The notes under the pieces are model-generated. The model saw only the letters and a program-made list of their open reading frames with translations, was not told the DNA's origin and searched no databases. The position numbers and the translations under genes were made by a program. A stretch of DNA of 32,000 nucleotides, from NCBI RefSeq assembly GCF_000186885.1, contig NC_014972.1, positions 3,630,001 to 3,662,000 on the forward strand. Reading direction: 5' to 3'. How positions within the stretch are numbered: position 1 is the stretch's first letter; every line of letters starts with the position of its first letter. This stretch comes from Desulfobulbus propionicus DSM 2032. Its GTDB lineage: Bacteria > Desulfobacterota > Desulfobulbia > Desulfobulbales > Desulfobulbaceae. Below are positions 12,947-21,948 of this stretch, in pieces.

Positions 12947-15234
12947 GCCTTTTCCTCCAAAGCCAACAGCACCCGTTCCGGGGTCAGCGGTGCCTGATGC
13001 AGACGAATACCGCAGGCCTGGTCAACCGCGTTGGCCACCGCCGGCAGCGGGCCATTCATCGCCACCTCGCCCACCCCTTTGAGTCCAAACGGCCCGGTGG
13101 CCTCGGCTCCCTCAAGACGGCACGAATGGATGTCCGGCAGGTCCACAGCCGTGGGGATCAGGTAGGTGGCCAGGCTATCACTGTGCACCCTGCCCTCGTG
13201 CCGCTCCACCTCCTCCATCAGGGCATAGCCGATCCCCTGGGCCACCCCGCCCTGGATCTGCTGATCAAGCATGGTCGGATTGAGGACCGTGCCGCCGTCG
13301 GTGACGGCCACATAGTCGCACACCCGGATCAGGCCGGTCAACAGGTCGACCTCGATGCGGGCCAGATGCGCGCCGTAGGCAAAGATCACATGGGGGAAGC
13401 CGATGAAGAACCCCTTGGCCGTGTCCGGTGGCTGCTCGCACACCGGGGCCACGAACTGGCTGATGCATACCCGGTCCTCCTGGGGCATGAAGGCTGCCAG
13501 CTGCGCGAATTCCACCTGGCGACCCGTGGGCGGGTGGATCACCTTGCCGGGCACCAGGCGGAGATCGCGATCATCGTCGAGGAACAACAGCAGACCGGCG
13601 CGGTTAATCAGGCGGGCTCGCAGCTCCTCGCAGGCCTTGATCAGGGCATTGCCGAAGGTGTAGGTGGTGCGGCCCGCCGAGGCCGAACCCGAGGGATAGG
13701 CGGTGCGGGTGTCCGGCTGGCGCAATTCCATCTGGCCCGCATCCTGGGAGAGGATATGGCCGGCCATCTGCACAAAGGCGCTGCCATTGCCCTGGCCCAT
13801 GTCGGTGACCGCGTTGTGGACCACGATTTTCCCCTCCGCATTCAACTCCACCTTGGCAATGGCGGCATCGCGCACCTTGCCGCCATAACCGGCGGCATTG
13901 AAGACCGCCGCCAGGCCAAGGCCGCGCCGGGTCTGGGGTGGGGCCTGCGCCTTCCATGCCTGCCGCTCCTGCCACAGGGGGTGCTCACGCAGCCTCTCCA
14001 GGCAGCCAACCATGCCGGTCGAGGTGGTGAGCCGCAGGCCGGCGCAGTTGTCATCCCCCTCGACCAGGGCATTGCGCAGGCGCAGCTCCAGGGGATCCAT
14101 GCCGAGCTCTTGTGCCAGCAGGTCCATCATCGATTCCATGGCAAAGGCCACCTGGCAGACGCCAAAGGCCCGCATGGCCCCGGCCACCGGGTTGTTGGTG
14201 TAGACGCAGCGCCCCTCGATGAGCACATGGGGGATGCGGTAGGGGCCACCGGCATGCTCCATGCCCAGCTCCATCACCTCGCCGCCCAGATGGGCATAGG
14301 CGCCGGTGTCGTAGAGCAGGGAACAGTGCAGGGCGATGAGCGTGCCGTCCCGGTCCGCGCCCAGGCGGTAGCGCAGCCGGCAGGGGTGGCGCTTATAGCC
14401 GGCCACCATGCTCTCTTCCCGCTCCCAATGCATCTTCACCGGCCGGCCCTCGGCGTGCAGCGCGGCCAGGGCCAGCAGACACTGCACCGTGGCCCCGTCC
14501 TTGCCGCCGAACCCACCGCCCAAACAGGGAGCGACGATATGGAGGCGGTCGTAAGGAATGCCAAGGGCGGTGCCGACCTCGAACCGGTCGCGAAAGGGTG
14601 ATTGGCTCGACACGGTCATGGTGAGGGTGCCATCCTTCTCCAACCGGGCCACGCCGTTTTCCGTCTCCAGATAGATGTGCGCCTGCATGGGGGTGGAAAA
14701 TTCCCCTGCCACCACCACCTCGCAACGGGACAGGGCACGGTCGGCCTCGCCGGTGCGAATCTCGGCGGCCAGCAGGATGTTGCCGGCGTGCCCCTCGTGC
14801 AACAGGGGCGCCCCCTCGGTCAGAGCCGCTTCCGGATCAAACACCGCGGGCAGTGGTTCGATCTCCACCCGCACCCGGGCAATGGCCTGGCGCAGGGCCG
14901 TTCGGCTCTCGGCCAGGACCAGGGCCACGGCATCGCCGGCATGGCGCACCCGCTCGTTCACCAGCACCGGGGTGTCGCGATGGATGATGCCGTGGCGGTT
15001 GGGACCCGATACATCGGCGGCGGTCAGTACCTTGTAGACGCCGGAAACGGCCAGGGCCGCCTCGGTCGCCACCGAGAGCAACCGGCCGCTGGCGATGCCG
15101 GCCCGCACCACCCCGGCCCACAACAGGTTCTCCGGATAGAGGTCGGCGGCATAGGGTTCGATGCCGGCCGTCTTGGCCGCGGCATCGCAGCGCACCTCCG
15201 CGCGGCCCACCTGCAACGGTTCCCTGGCGGTCAT
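12943..15234 (-). CDS. Molybdenum hydroxylase large (molybdopterin-binding) subunit
   Basis: GGGFGGKDGATVQ, NNPVAGAMRAFGVCQVAFAMES, DMGQGNGSAF, and GLKGVGEVAMNGPLPAVANAV (catalytic Glu context). Start at MTAREPLQVGRAEV (15234), overlapping the aminotransferase stop by 4 nt. Confidence 0.94.
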   Translation of the reverse strand: MTAREPLQVGRAEVRCDAAAKTAGIEPYAADLYPENLLWAGVVRAGIASGRLLSVATEAALAVSGVYKVLTAADVSGPNRHGIIHRDTPVLVNERVRHAGDAVALVLAESRTALRQAIARVRVEIEPLPAVFDPEAALTEGAPLLHEGHAGNILLAAEIRTGEADRALSRCEVVVAGEFSTPMQAHIYLETENGVARLEKDGTLTMTVSSQSPFRDRFEVGTALGIPYDRLHIVAPCLGGGFGGKDGATVQCLLALAALHAEGRPVKMHWEREESMVAGYKRHPCRLRYRLGADRDGTLIALHCSLLYDTGAYAHLGGEVMELGMEHAGGPYRIPHVLIEGRCVYTNNPVAGAMRAFGVCQVAFAMESMMDLLAQELGMDPLELRLRNALVEGDDNCAGLRLTTSTGMVGCLERLREHPLWQERQAWKAQAPPQTRRGLGLAAVFNAAGYGGKVRDAAIAKVELNAEGKIVVHNAVTDMGQGNGSAFVQMAGHILSQDAGQMELRQPDTRTAYPSGSASAGRTTYTFGNALIKACEELRARLINRAGLLLFLDDDRDLRLVPGKVIHPPTGRQVEFAQLAAFMPQEDRVCISQFVAPVCEQPPDTAKGFFIGFPHVIFAYGAHLARIEVDLLTGLIRVCDYVAVTDGGTVLNPTMLDQQIQGGVAQGIGYALMEEVERHEGRVHSDSLATYLIPTAVDLPDIHSCRLEGAEATGPFGLKGVGEVAMNGPLPAVANAVDQACGIRLHQAPLTPERVLLALEEKA

Positions 15235-16361
15235 GCGGCAACTCCTTGTTTGTTCCGGATCATATCCACCTCCTCGGCCAGCGCCTCGACAAACCGTTCC
15301 ATCACTTCTCGCTCCCGCAGGGTGACCCGGATCCAGCCGGGAAAGCGGAACCCGGTCATGGTGCGAACCATCATGCCCCGCCGCATCAGCCGCCGGTACA
15401 TGAGCATGTCGTTGATCGGCGTGCGGATCATCAGGTAATTGCCCTCGCCGCCGACCGTTTCCAGCCCCAGATCCCGGCAGGCATCGCCCACCATGGCCTT
15501 GCCCTGCCGCACCAGGGCCCGGGTGGCGGCAATGTGCTCGCAATCGTCCTCCAGGGCGGCCAGGGCCGCCTGCTGGGCCTGGACATTGACCGAGTAGGCC
15601 ACGCTGGTGCGCCGCACCACCTCGACCACCGCCTCGGTGCCCGCCAGATAACCGACCCGCAATCCCGCCAGTCCATACATCTTGGAAAAGGTGCGGAAGA
15701 CCACCAGATTGGGGAATCGCTCCATCAGGCCGACGGTGTCGGGATAGTCCGGATCCTCCACATACTCCCGGTAGGCCTCGTCCACCACCACGATCCGGTC
15801 GTCACCAACCTGTTCGAGGAAATCGACCAGCACCTGGCGGGACCAGGAACTGCCGGTGGGGTTGTTGGGGTTGCAGACAAAGAGGATCTTGGTGTGGCGG
15901 TCGATGCGGTCGAGCATGGCCTGCGGGTCAAAGGCATAATCATGCAGCGGCGTCAACCGGGCCTCAATGCCGGAGAACTCGGCCACCCACTCGTAGACCG
16001 CAAAGGTCTTGTCGGCGGTGATGATGTTGTCGCCCGGCTGGCAGAAGGCCTTGATCACCGAGGAGATCACCTCGCAGGAGCCGTTGCCGACCAGAATCCG
16101 GTCCGCAACCAGGCCCAGGCGTACTCCCAGCGCCTGGCGGAGGTCATGGCAGTCGCCGCTGGGATAGACAGCGGCACGCTCAGGGGGAAAGGCGGCAATG
16201 ACCCTGGCGGCGGCCGGCGGCGGCCCCAGCGGATTTTCGTTGTTGTTGAGCCGGTGTAGCACCGGGGCACCGTATTCGCGCATCAGCAGATGATCCGGCT
16301 TGCTGGGCACATAGGCCTGAAAGCCACGCACATACTCGGGGATCAGGGCCTCAAGATTCAT
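15231..16361 (-). CDS. PLP-dependent class I/II aminotransferase, histidinol-phosphate aminotransferase-like
   Basis: NNNENPLGPPP, FVCNPNNPTGSSW, VVVDEAYREYV and FRTFSKMYGLAGLRVGYL (PLP Lys box). HisC fold, but genomic context is not histidine biosynthesis. Confidence 0.9.
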   Translation of the reverse strand: MNLEALIPEYVRGFQAYVPSKPDHLLMREYGAPVLHRLNNNENPLGPPPAAARVIAAFPPERAAVYPSGDCHDLRQALGVRLGLVADRILVGNGSCEVISSVIKAFCQPGDNIITADKTFAVYEWVAEFSGIEARLTPLHDYAFDPQAMLDRIDRHTKILFVCNPNNPTGSSWSRQVLVDFLEQVGDDRIVVVDEAYREYVEDPDYPDTVGLMERFPNLVVFRTFSKMYGLAGLRVGYLAGTEAVVEVVRRTSVAYSVNVQAQQAALAALEDDCEHIAATRALVRQGKAMVGDACRDLGLETVGGEGNYLMIRTPINDMLMYRRLMRRGMMVRTMTGFRFPGWIRVTLREREVMERFVEALAEEVDMIRNKQGVAA

Positions 16362-17680
16362 GCGCGGGCCCCTGCTGCCGGATGGTCATAGATCACCAGG
16401 TCGCCCTGACCGCCATCCGGAATCACCAGACGAGGCACAAAGCCGGTCTCGGCCAGGGATGCGGCAAAGGCGGTGTCCTCGCTTCGGCCGGTGTTGAGTT
16501 CCACCAGGAAGTTGGCGATCCCCTCGCCCCGCAGCAACTCCAGGTGGGCGGCCAGGTTGGCGGTCATATCCCGGCCGGCGCACAGGGGACGGATCACCGC
16601 CAGCGATCGACCATATTCGAGTTCCACCGCCAGTACCGAACTGTCGCGCAACCGGGCGGGATCGCCCGATGACGGGCGGATCTGCCGGGGCAGGCAGAGG
16701 CGGTCGTACTGGGCGCCGAGGAAGGTGGCCAGCGGTTCGGCGCAGTAGACCGTGCCGCCGCTCTCTTCCTTGAGCTGGCGATAGTAGCAGGTGCAGCGGT
16801 TGATTCCTCCGGGCCCTCGCAGGGGGAGCTCGCCGAGGAAATCAAAGAAGCGCTCGGAGCCGGCGAAGGCTCCCTGCCGCCGTACCAGTCCCCGGAAGGC
16901 GGAACGGGAGATGCGGCCGACAGCCTCGTCGAGCAGCAGACGCAGCCCCTGGTCGCCCGGATCGTCACCGAACAGATAGGGGCCGTAGAGTTCCAGGCAG
17001 GCATCGGTCAGCGGCCGCCACAGCACGCCGCCCCGGATCCAGTTGCCCTGCTCGACCAGGAGCGCGCTCACATGGCCCACGGCCAGCATGGCCGCCGCCA
17101 TGTCCGGCCGGGCGAGAAAGCCGGGGAGGAATTCGCTCCCGGCGGTCACCGCCATGGCGGCAAAGTGACGCAGGTCCTCCCGGGAGGGATCGAGCAGGCG
17201 CAGCGGTCCCGCCAGGTCGGCCGGTGGCAACGGCACGGGAGCGGCCTGCGGATAGTCGCGGTCGCGGGTCATGCGCAGCGCCACCTGCTCGTCGGCGCCG
17301 AACTCGAGCCGCAGGCTGGAGACGCTGCGGGCGGCGAGCATCGGACCGAGCATCGCCAGCGCGTCCTCGTTGTCGAGGCTGCACCTCCAGGTCAGATTGA
17401 GGGCGCGCAGATCGGGATTGGCCACACGAAAGATCAGGGAGAGTGCCAGGCGATAGCCCTGGTCCTCCAGCTCGATCTCCACCGCCGAACCCTTGGCGGC
17501 CTGCTGGACATAGAAGGAGAACAGTTCCTCGGTGGCCAGCACCAGGCCGCCGGCCGCCGGACCGGTGGCGCCGAATCCCTGCGCGCCCTTGTCGACCAGG
17601 GTCATGACCAAGGGCAGGAACGGCGGGCTGAAGGGAAGACGCGCGGCGATGCTGTGCGGCCGGATTGACGACTGTTTCAT
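16358..17680 (-). CDS. Unclassified 440-aa protein; weak N-terminal HATPase-like and C-terminal half-GNAT-like resemblance
   Basis: N-terminal ATEELFSFYVQQAAKGSAVEIELEDQGYRLALSLIFR resembles an anti-sigma HATPase N-box region. C-terminal FLVELNTGRSEDTAFAASLAETGFVPRLVIPDGGQGDLVIYDH parallels the C-terminus of the neighbouring 349-aa protein. Start overlaps the aminotransferase by 4 nt. Confidence 0.6.
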   Translation of the reverse strand: MKQSSIRPHSIAARLPFSPPFLPLVMTLVDKGAQGFGATGPAAGGLVLATEELFSFYVQQAAKGSAVEIELEDQGYRLALSLIFRVANPDLRALNLTWRCSLDNEDALAMLGPMLAARSVSSLRLEFGADEQVALRMTRDRDYPQAAPVPLPPADLAGPLRLLDPSREDLRHFAAMAVTAGSEFLPGFLARPDMAAAMLAVGHVSALLVEQGNWIRGGVLWRPLTDACLELYGPYLFGDDPGDQGLRLLLDEAVGRISRSAFRGLVRRQGAFAGSERFFDFLGELPLRGPGGINRCTCYYRQLKEESGGTVYCAEPLATFLGAQYDRLCLPRQIRPSSGDPARLRDSSVLAVELEYGRSLAVIRPLCAGRDMTANLAAHLELLRGEGIANFLVELNTGRSEDTAFAASLAETGFVPRLVIPDGGQGDLVIYDHPAAGARA

Positions 17681-17714
17681 CGGTAATCCCCTGTGAGGAT
17701 GTGGTGGAGGCTGC

Positions 17715-18764
17715 TCATGCCTGACTCCGCAACCATTCGTTCCTGATCAGCTCCACCAGGGCGCGGCCGCGGTCGGAATGGATCTTCATCCCCGCGAAAT
17801 TCGGGTCCACCAGATGCTTCTGCAGCAGCAGCCCATCAGTGCCGAACCAGATCGGCAGCAGACCGCCGAGCGCATAGCCCTGGCCGCGCAGCTGCTCGAC
17901 CACCCCGCCGGCCCAGGGCTGACCGAGATCGACAAAGCATTGGATCAGGGCATAGTTATCGGCCCGCAACCGCTGCTCCAGGGCGCGCAACCGCCCGGGC
18001 AGATCCGCGCCCGGCGCGGTTACCGTGCAGCGGGCCACCCCGGCGAAGTCGAAGCGACCCACCTCGACGGCCGCCTCACCCGCTGGAATGCCGCTATCGG
18101 CCTCCACGATCTCGCGGTCCAGGGTGAACCCCTCCATGATGAAGCGCAGCTGGTCCCGATAGGGCCTGGGCAAAAACAGGGGTTTGCGCTGATCGACATC
18201 CACCCGGAAATAGACCAGACAGCCCACCCGGCCCAGGCCACTCCACTCGGTTTCGTACGCCTCGGCGGGCATCAGGGCCGGTTCCACCGCAGTTTCAAGA
18301 CCCTTGGCATGCTGTGTCAGTTTCTGGGTGATGGTGTGGTTGCATACTGCCTCACCAAAAATACCGTCAATCCCGTCCTTGCCCACCAGCCGCATCAGCA
18401 ACTGGGTTGCACGGAAAAAAGCCATGGTCGAGCGATAACTCGGCAGGGTCAGCCCCACGCCGTACTCGTAGAGCCGAGGGTTGGGCGGCGAGCTGCGATA
18501 CAAGGCGGCATGGGCCACCACCTCACCGGAAACCGTGCGCGCCACTGTGCTGCGGATGGTGCCTCGGCGGTTTTCCTCGGCCAGACGTTCGGGAATGTAG
18601 TAGGTGTCAATCGGATAGCCGTCACCGTAGACGGCATAAAAGAGCCGGGCCACGCCGGTGCCGTCGGACGGCTCGAAAAAGTGGGCCGCATACGCCTCGC
18701 CCTCGGGAACCACATGCGGCGTACTGGCCAGGAACTGCAGCGCCTCCTTTCTGTCCATGGTCAC
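17715..18764 (-). CDS. GNAT-like N-acyltransferase-related protein
   Basis: GTGVARLFYAVYGDGYPIDTYYIPERLAEENRRGTIRSTVARTVSGEVVAHAALY...YEYGVGLTLPSYRSTMAFFRATQLLM reads as a GNAT core. Stop-start overlap (4 nt) with the ACP gene. Confidence 0.65.
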   Translation of the reverse strand: MTMDRKEALQFLASTPHVVPEGEAYAAHFFEPSDGTGVARLFYAVYGDGYPIDTYYIPERLAEENRRGTIRSTVARTVSGEVVAHAALYRSSPPNPRLYEYGVGLTLPSYRSTMAFFRATQLLMRLVGKDGIDGIFGEAVCNHTITQKLTQHAKGLETAVEPALMPAEAYETEWSGLGRVGCLVYFRVDVDQRKPLFLPRPYRDQLRFIMEGFTLDREIVEADSGIPAGEAAVEVGRFDFAGVARCTVTAPGADLPGRLRALEQRLRADNYALIQCFVDLGQPWAGGVVEQLRGQGYALGGLLPIWFGTDGLLLQKHLVDPNFAGMKIHSDRGRALVELIRNEWLRSQA

Positions 18765-18997
18765 ACCTTGGCCTTGATGCAGTGCTCGAAGTCGGCCAGG
18801 GTCTTGAGCCGCAGGGCCTCGGCATCCGAGATCCTGACCCCGTAGCGCTCTTCCACCGCCAGGGCAAAGGCCGGGTAATCGATGGAATCGAATCCCTGTT
18901 CGCTCAGCAGCACATTCGGATCGAGACGGGACACCATCTCCTCGTCCAGGTCGATGGCGAGCATCAACTGCTTCAAGTCAGCGATCGTGATGGCCAT
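18761..18997 (-). CDS. Acyl carrier protein-like
   Basis: 78 aa, predicted four-helix size, phosphopantetheine attachment context EQGFDSIDYPAFALAVEERYGVRISD. Confidence 0.88.
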   Translation of the reverse strand: MAITIADLKQLMLAIDLDEEMVSRLDPNVLLSEQGFDSIDYPAFALAVEERYGVRISDAEALRLKTLADFEHCIKAKV

Positions 18998-19027
18998 AAT
19001 CGTTCTCCTCGGTAAAACGGGTTGAAT

Positions 19028-20533
19028 TCATTGCTTTAGTTTAAACCGCTGCACCTTGCCGGTGGGGGTGCGGGGCAGGTCATCGACAAACCGGTACACC
19101 AGGGGACACATATACTCGGGCAGACGAACGGCCAGGAAGGCGCGCAATGCCTTTTCCAGGGGCCGGCCGGGTTCGTGGCCCGGCCGCAGGATCAGGTGGG
19201 CGGCCGGACGCTCCAACCCACCAAGCCGATAGGCAGCCACCGCGCAGTCCGAGACCACCGGGTGGGTGCGCAACACCTCCTCGACCTGGAGCGGCGAGAT
19301 CCATTGGCCGCCGACCTTGAGCATGTCGTCGCTGCGGCCACGGTGCCAGTAGCGGCCCTCCTGTTCGACTGCCACATCGCCGGTACGGATGAACCCGTCG
19401 GCCAGCATGGTCTCGGCGGTCTTGTCCGGCCGGTTCCAATACCGGGGCGCCGCCCCCGGTCCGCGCACCAGCAGATGGCCGGTAACGCCCGAGGCCACCG
19501 GATTGCCGTCGTCATCCACCAGCCGCACCTCGTAGCCCGGCACCGGCCGGCCTGTGGAACCGGGGACCAGATCGCCCGGCCGGTTGGAGAGGAAGATGTG
19601 GGTCATCTCGGTGGAGCCGATGCCGTCCAGCACCTCCAGGCCGGTGAGCCGCTGCCACTCCTCGACCATGGCGGCAGGCAGGGCCTCCCCGGCGGAGACG
19701 CACAGCCGCATCGGCAGGGACAGGTGGTCCTCGTTGACACTGCGGATGAGCTGACCGTAGACCGTGGGCACCGAGAAGAACAGCGTTGGCCGATACCGCG
19801 CCATCAACGCCAGGAGCTGATCGGGCAGGGGATTGTCGGGATGGAGTACCGCCGTGGCGCCGACATATAACGGGAAGGCCAAGCTGTTGCCCAGGCCGTA
19901 GGCAAAATAGAGTTTGCTGGCCGACAGCACCACGTCGTCCTCGCCCATGCCCAACACCTGCACCGCATAGCGTTCGGCCGCCGCCAGCAGGTCGCCATGG
20001 CGATGGGGCACCCCCTTGGGCCGGCCGGTGGAGCCCGAGGTATAGAGCATGTAGGCCAGATCGTCCGGCCCGACCGCGGCGGCTGCCACCGGGACGCTGG
20101 GCCTCTCGGCCACGGCCTCGGCGAGCCGCTCGCCACAAACCAGGCAGTCCGTTCTGGCGCGGGGAAATCCCTCGATCGCCGCCACAGATGGCGAGACCAG
20201 GGCCAGTCGGGCCTCGCTGTCGCTGAGCAGGAAGTCATAGGTCTCGGCATTCAAGGCAGTGCCGACCGGGACCGCGACCGCACCGATCAGGGTGGTCCCC
20301 AGAAAGGCGGCGACGAACACCGGCGAATCCACCAGGACGATCAGCACCCGGTCGCCCGGCCCTATGCCCTTGGCGTGCAACAGGCGGGCAAAACCATAGG
20401 CGCCCGCAGCCAGCTGCCGATAGCTGACCGCCTGGCCTGCGCAGAGATAGGCAGTTTTGTCGGGATGGCGCGCGAGATTGGGCAGGAGCAGGTGCGCTGT
20501 CAGGTTGCGGTTATTGGCTGTACATCCGTTCAT
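19028..20533 (-). CDS. Adenylate-forming acyl-CoA/ACP ligase, benzoate-CoA ligase-like
   Basis: AMP-binding motif YMLYTSGSTGRPKGVPHRH; SASKLYFAYGLGNSLAFPLYVGATAVL and DGIGSTEMTHIFLSNRPGD typical of benzoate-CoA-ligase-like enzymes; PRTPTGKVQRFKL C-terminal Lys motif. Confidence 0.93.
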   Translation of the reverse strand: MNGCTANNRNLTAHLLLPNLARHPDKTAYLCAGQAVSYRQLAAGAYGFARLLHAKGIGPGDRVLIVLVDSPVFVAAFLGTTLIGAVAVPVGTALNAETYDFLLSDSEARLALVSPSVAAIEGFPRARTDCLVCGERLAEAVAERPSVPVAAAAVGPDDLAYMLYTSGSTGRPKGVPHRHGDLLAAAERYAVQVLGMGEDDVVLSASKLYFAYGLGNSLAFPLYVGATAVLHPDNPLPDQLLALMARYRPTLFFSVPTVYGQLIRSVNEDHLSLPMRLCVSAGEALPAAMVEEWQRLTGLEVLDGIGSTEMTHIFLSNRPGDLVPGSTGRPVPGYEVRLVDDDGNPVASGVTGHLLVRGPGAAPRYWNRPDKTAETMLADGFIRTGDVAVEQEGRYWHRGRSDDMLKVGGQWISPLQVEEVLRTHPVVSDCAVAAYRLGGLERPAAHLILRPGHEPGRPLEKALRAFLAVRLPEYMCPLVYRFVDDLPRTPTGKVQRFKLKQ

Positions 20534-21039
20534 TTGCGCTCCCTGTCCGTTGCGTGCCCGGCCGTCTGCCGAGCGGCCTTGTCCGTGGGTTCCTGCTTGA
20601 TCACGTTTGGTGTCCCTTCAGCCCCAAGATAGAACACCGCCAGCTTGACCGGCTCGGTGCCGCTGTTGGTGCCATTATGCAGGACATCGACCACCTCGAT
20701 CACCGCCTCGCCGGCACGATACGCGGTGGAGCGGCCATCTTCCAGCTCGACGGCCAGGGTGCCAGCAATCACATACGCATAGACGGGAACCGGATGCTTG
20801 TGCCAGCCGGTGCTGGCGCCAGGCGCAAGCTCCACGGTCATGGCGGTCACCTCGGCCTTGTCGGTGCAGGGATAGACGATCTTGTGTCCATTGGCGGTGG
20901 TAGTGGTTTTCTGCACGACATGGGCGGTCACTCCGCCACGGTAGCCGCTGTCGGCAAACACCGGCCCTGCCGTGAGCAGCAGGACCAACAGAAAGAAAAC
21001 GATGGGTTGCTGCCATCGTCGGCAATACACGCGCCTCAT
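20530..21039 (-). CDS. Secreted small cupin-domain protein
   Basis: Signal peptide MRRVYCRRWQQPIVFFLLVLLLTAGPVFA; cupin motif GASTGWHKHPVPVYAYVIAGTLAVELEDG...VLHNGTNSGTEPVKLAVFYLG. Start at Met 21039. ATGA overlap with ligase. Confidence 0.85.
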   Translation of the reverse strand: MRRVYCRRWQQPIVFFLLVLLLTAGPVFADSGYRGGVTAHVVQKTTTTANGHKIVYPCTDKAEVTAMTVELAPGASTGWHKHPVPVYAYVIAGTLAVELEDGRSTAYRAGEAVIEVVDVLHNGTNSGTEPVKLAVFYLGAEGTPNVIKQEPTDKAARQTAGHATDRERK

Positions 21040-21152
21040 GCACGCACTCCTCCGGTTGAATGAACGGATATACACGCTTGTTTGCCAGCCAAAGCCCGGC
21101 CGGTTCTCGTGGGTCCCCTGGTTGTCCGGTGGGGAGGGCATCTCCGCAGCAC

Positions 21153-21563
21153 TCAGCCACGGTTGAAGGTGATGCGCAGGATGTTGCGCCCCCCCTCCCG
21201 GTGATATCTGACGCTGTCCGCGAATGTGCGGATGAAATGCACTCCCAGGCCGCCCACGGCCCGCTCGCTGATGTTGGAAGCACGATCGGGTTCCGGCAGC
21301 GAAAGCAGATCAAAGGGCACACCCGAATCGACGATTTCGAGGACAAAGGCGTCGCCGTCGCCGTCGCAGGCCAGTTCGGCTTCTCCTTGCCCGTCCGGAT
21401 AGGCGTGATGGCAGATATTGACAAAGGCCTCTTCCAGGGCCAGGGTCAGGCCAAACCGTTTGTTGGGCCCCAGGCCGAAATGGGTGGCCTTGTCCTCCAC
21501 GAACGCAATCGCTTCGGCAAGGCGCTCCACCCGGGCCGCGACACGAAAAGTGTCAACAGACAT
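21153..21563 (-). CDS. RsbW-like serine kinase/anti-sigma HATPase
   Basis: RFGLTLALEEAFVNICHHAYPDG (N box), VLEIVDSGVPFD (G1 box) and GGLGVHFIRTFAD (G2). Confidence 0.92.
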   Translation of the reverse strand: MSVDTFRVAARVERLAEAIAFVEDKATHFGLGPNKRFGLTLALEEAFVNICHHAYPDGQGEAELACDGDGDAFVLEIVDSGVPFDLLSLPEPDRASNISERAVGGLGVHFIRTFADSVRYHREGGRNILRITFNRG

Positions 21564-21569
21564 GGCCGG

Positions 21570-21926
21570 TTATTCAACAGCGGCCACGGCGCCGGCAACG
21601 GAATCGTGCATCGGGAAAATAGTGCTGAACCCGGAAATATCGAACACCTCCCTGACCGACCCGGTGACATTGGCACAACGGACCTGACCTCCCCTCGACT
21701 TGCTCCGTTTGGCGGTAGCAAGCAGGGCCCGCAGCCCGGCACTGCTAATGTAGTCGAGCCGTTCGCAATCAACGATCAGTACGCACGATTCGGCGGCAAG
21801 CAGTTCGTTGACCTTCTTTTCGAATTCCGGCGCGGTGACCGCGTCCAATTTGCCGGTGAGGGCGAGAACCAGAGTACTGCCTTCCGTGCTCATCTGTATG
21901 TCCATGGTGTTCCTCGTTTCTTTCAC
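21570..21926 (-). CDS. STAS domain anti-anti-sigma factor (RsbV/SpoIIAA-like)
   Basis: MQMSTEGSTLVLALTGKLDAVTAPEFEKKV...LIVDCERLDYISSAGLRALLATAK with conserved phospho-Ser site (ISSAGLR). Confidence 0.93.
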   Translation of the reverse strand: MKETRNTMDIQMSTEGSTLVLALTGKLDAVTAPEFEKKVNELLAAESCVLIVDCERLDYISSAGLRALLATAKRSKSRGGQVRCANVTGSVREVFDISGFSTIFPMHDSVAGAVAAVE

Positions 21927-21948
21927 GCTGCATCCGGAGAGGCCCGGA

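Noticed and set aside
12907-14601. 564-aa plus-strand ORF (and 14602-15438, 15246-16259)
   Set aside because: Antisense shadow frames of the Mo-hydroxylase large subunit and aminotransferase genes, with no recognisable domains.
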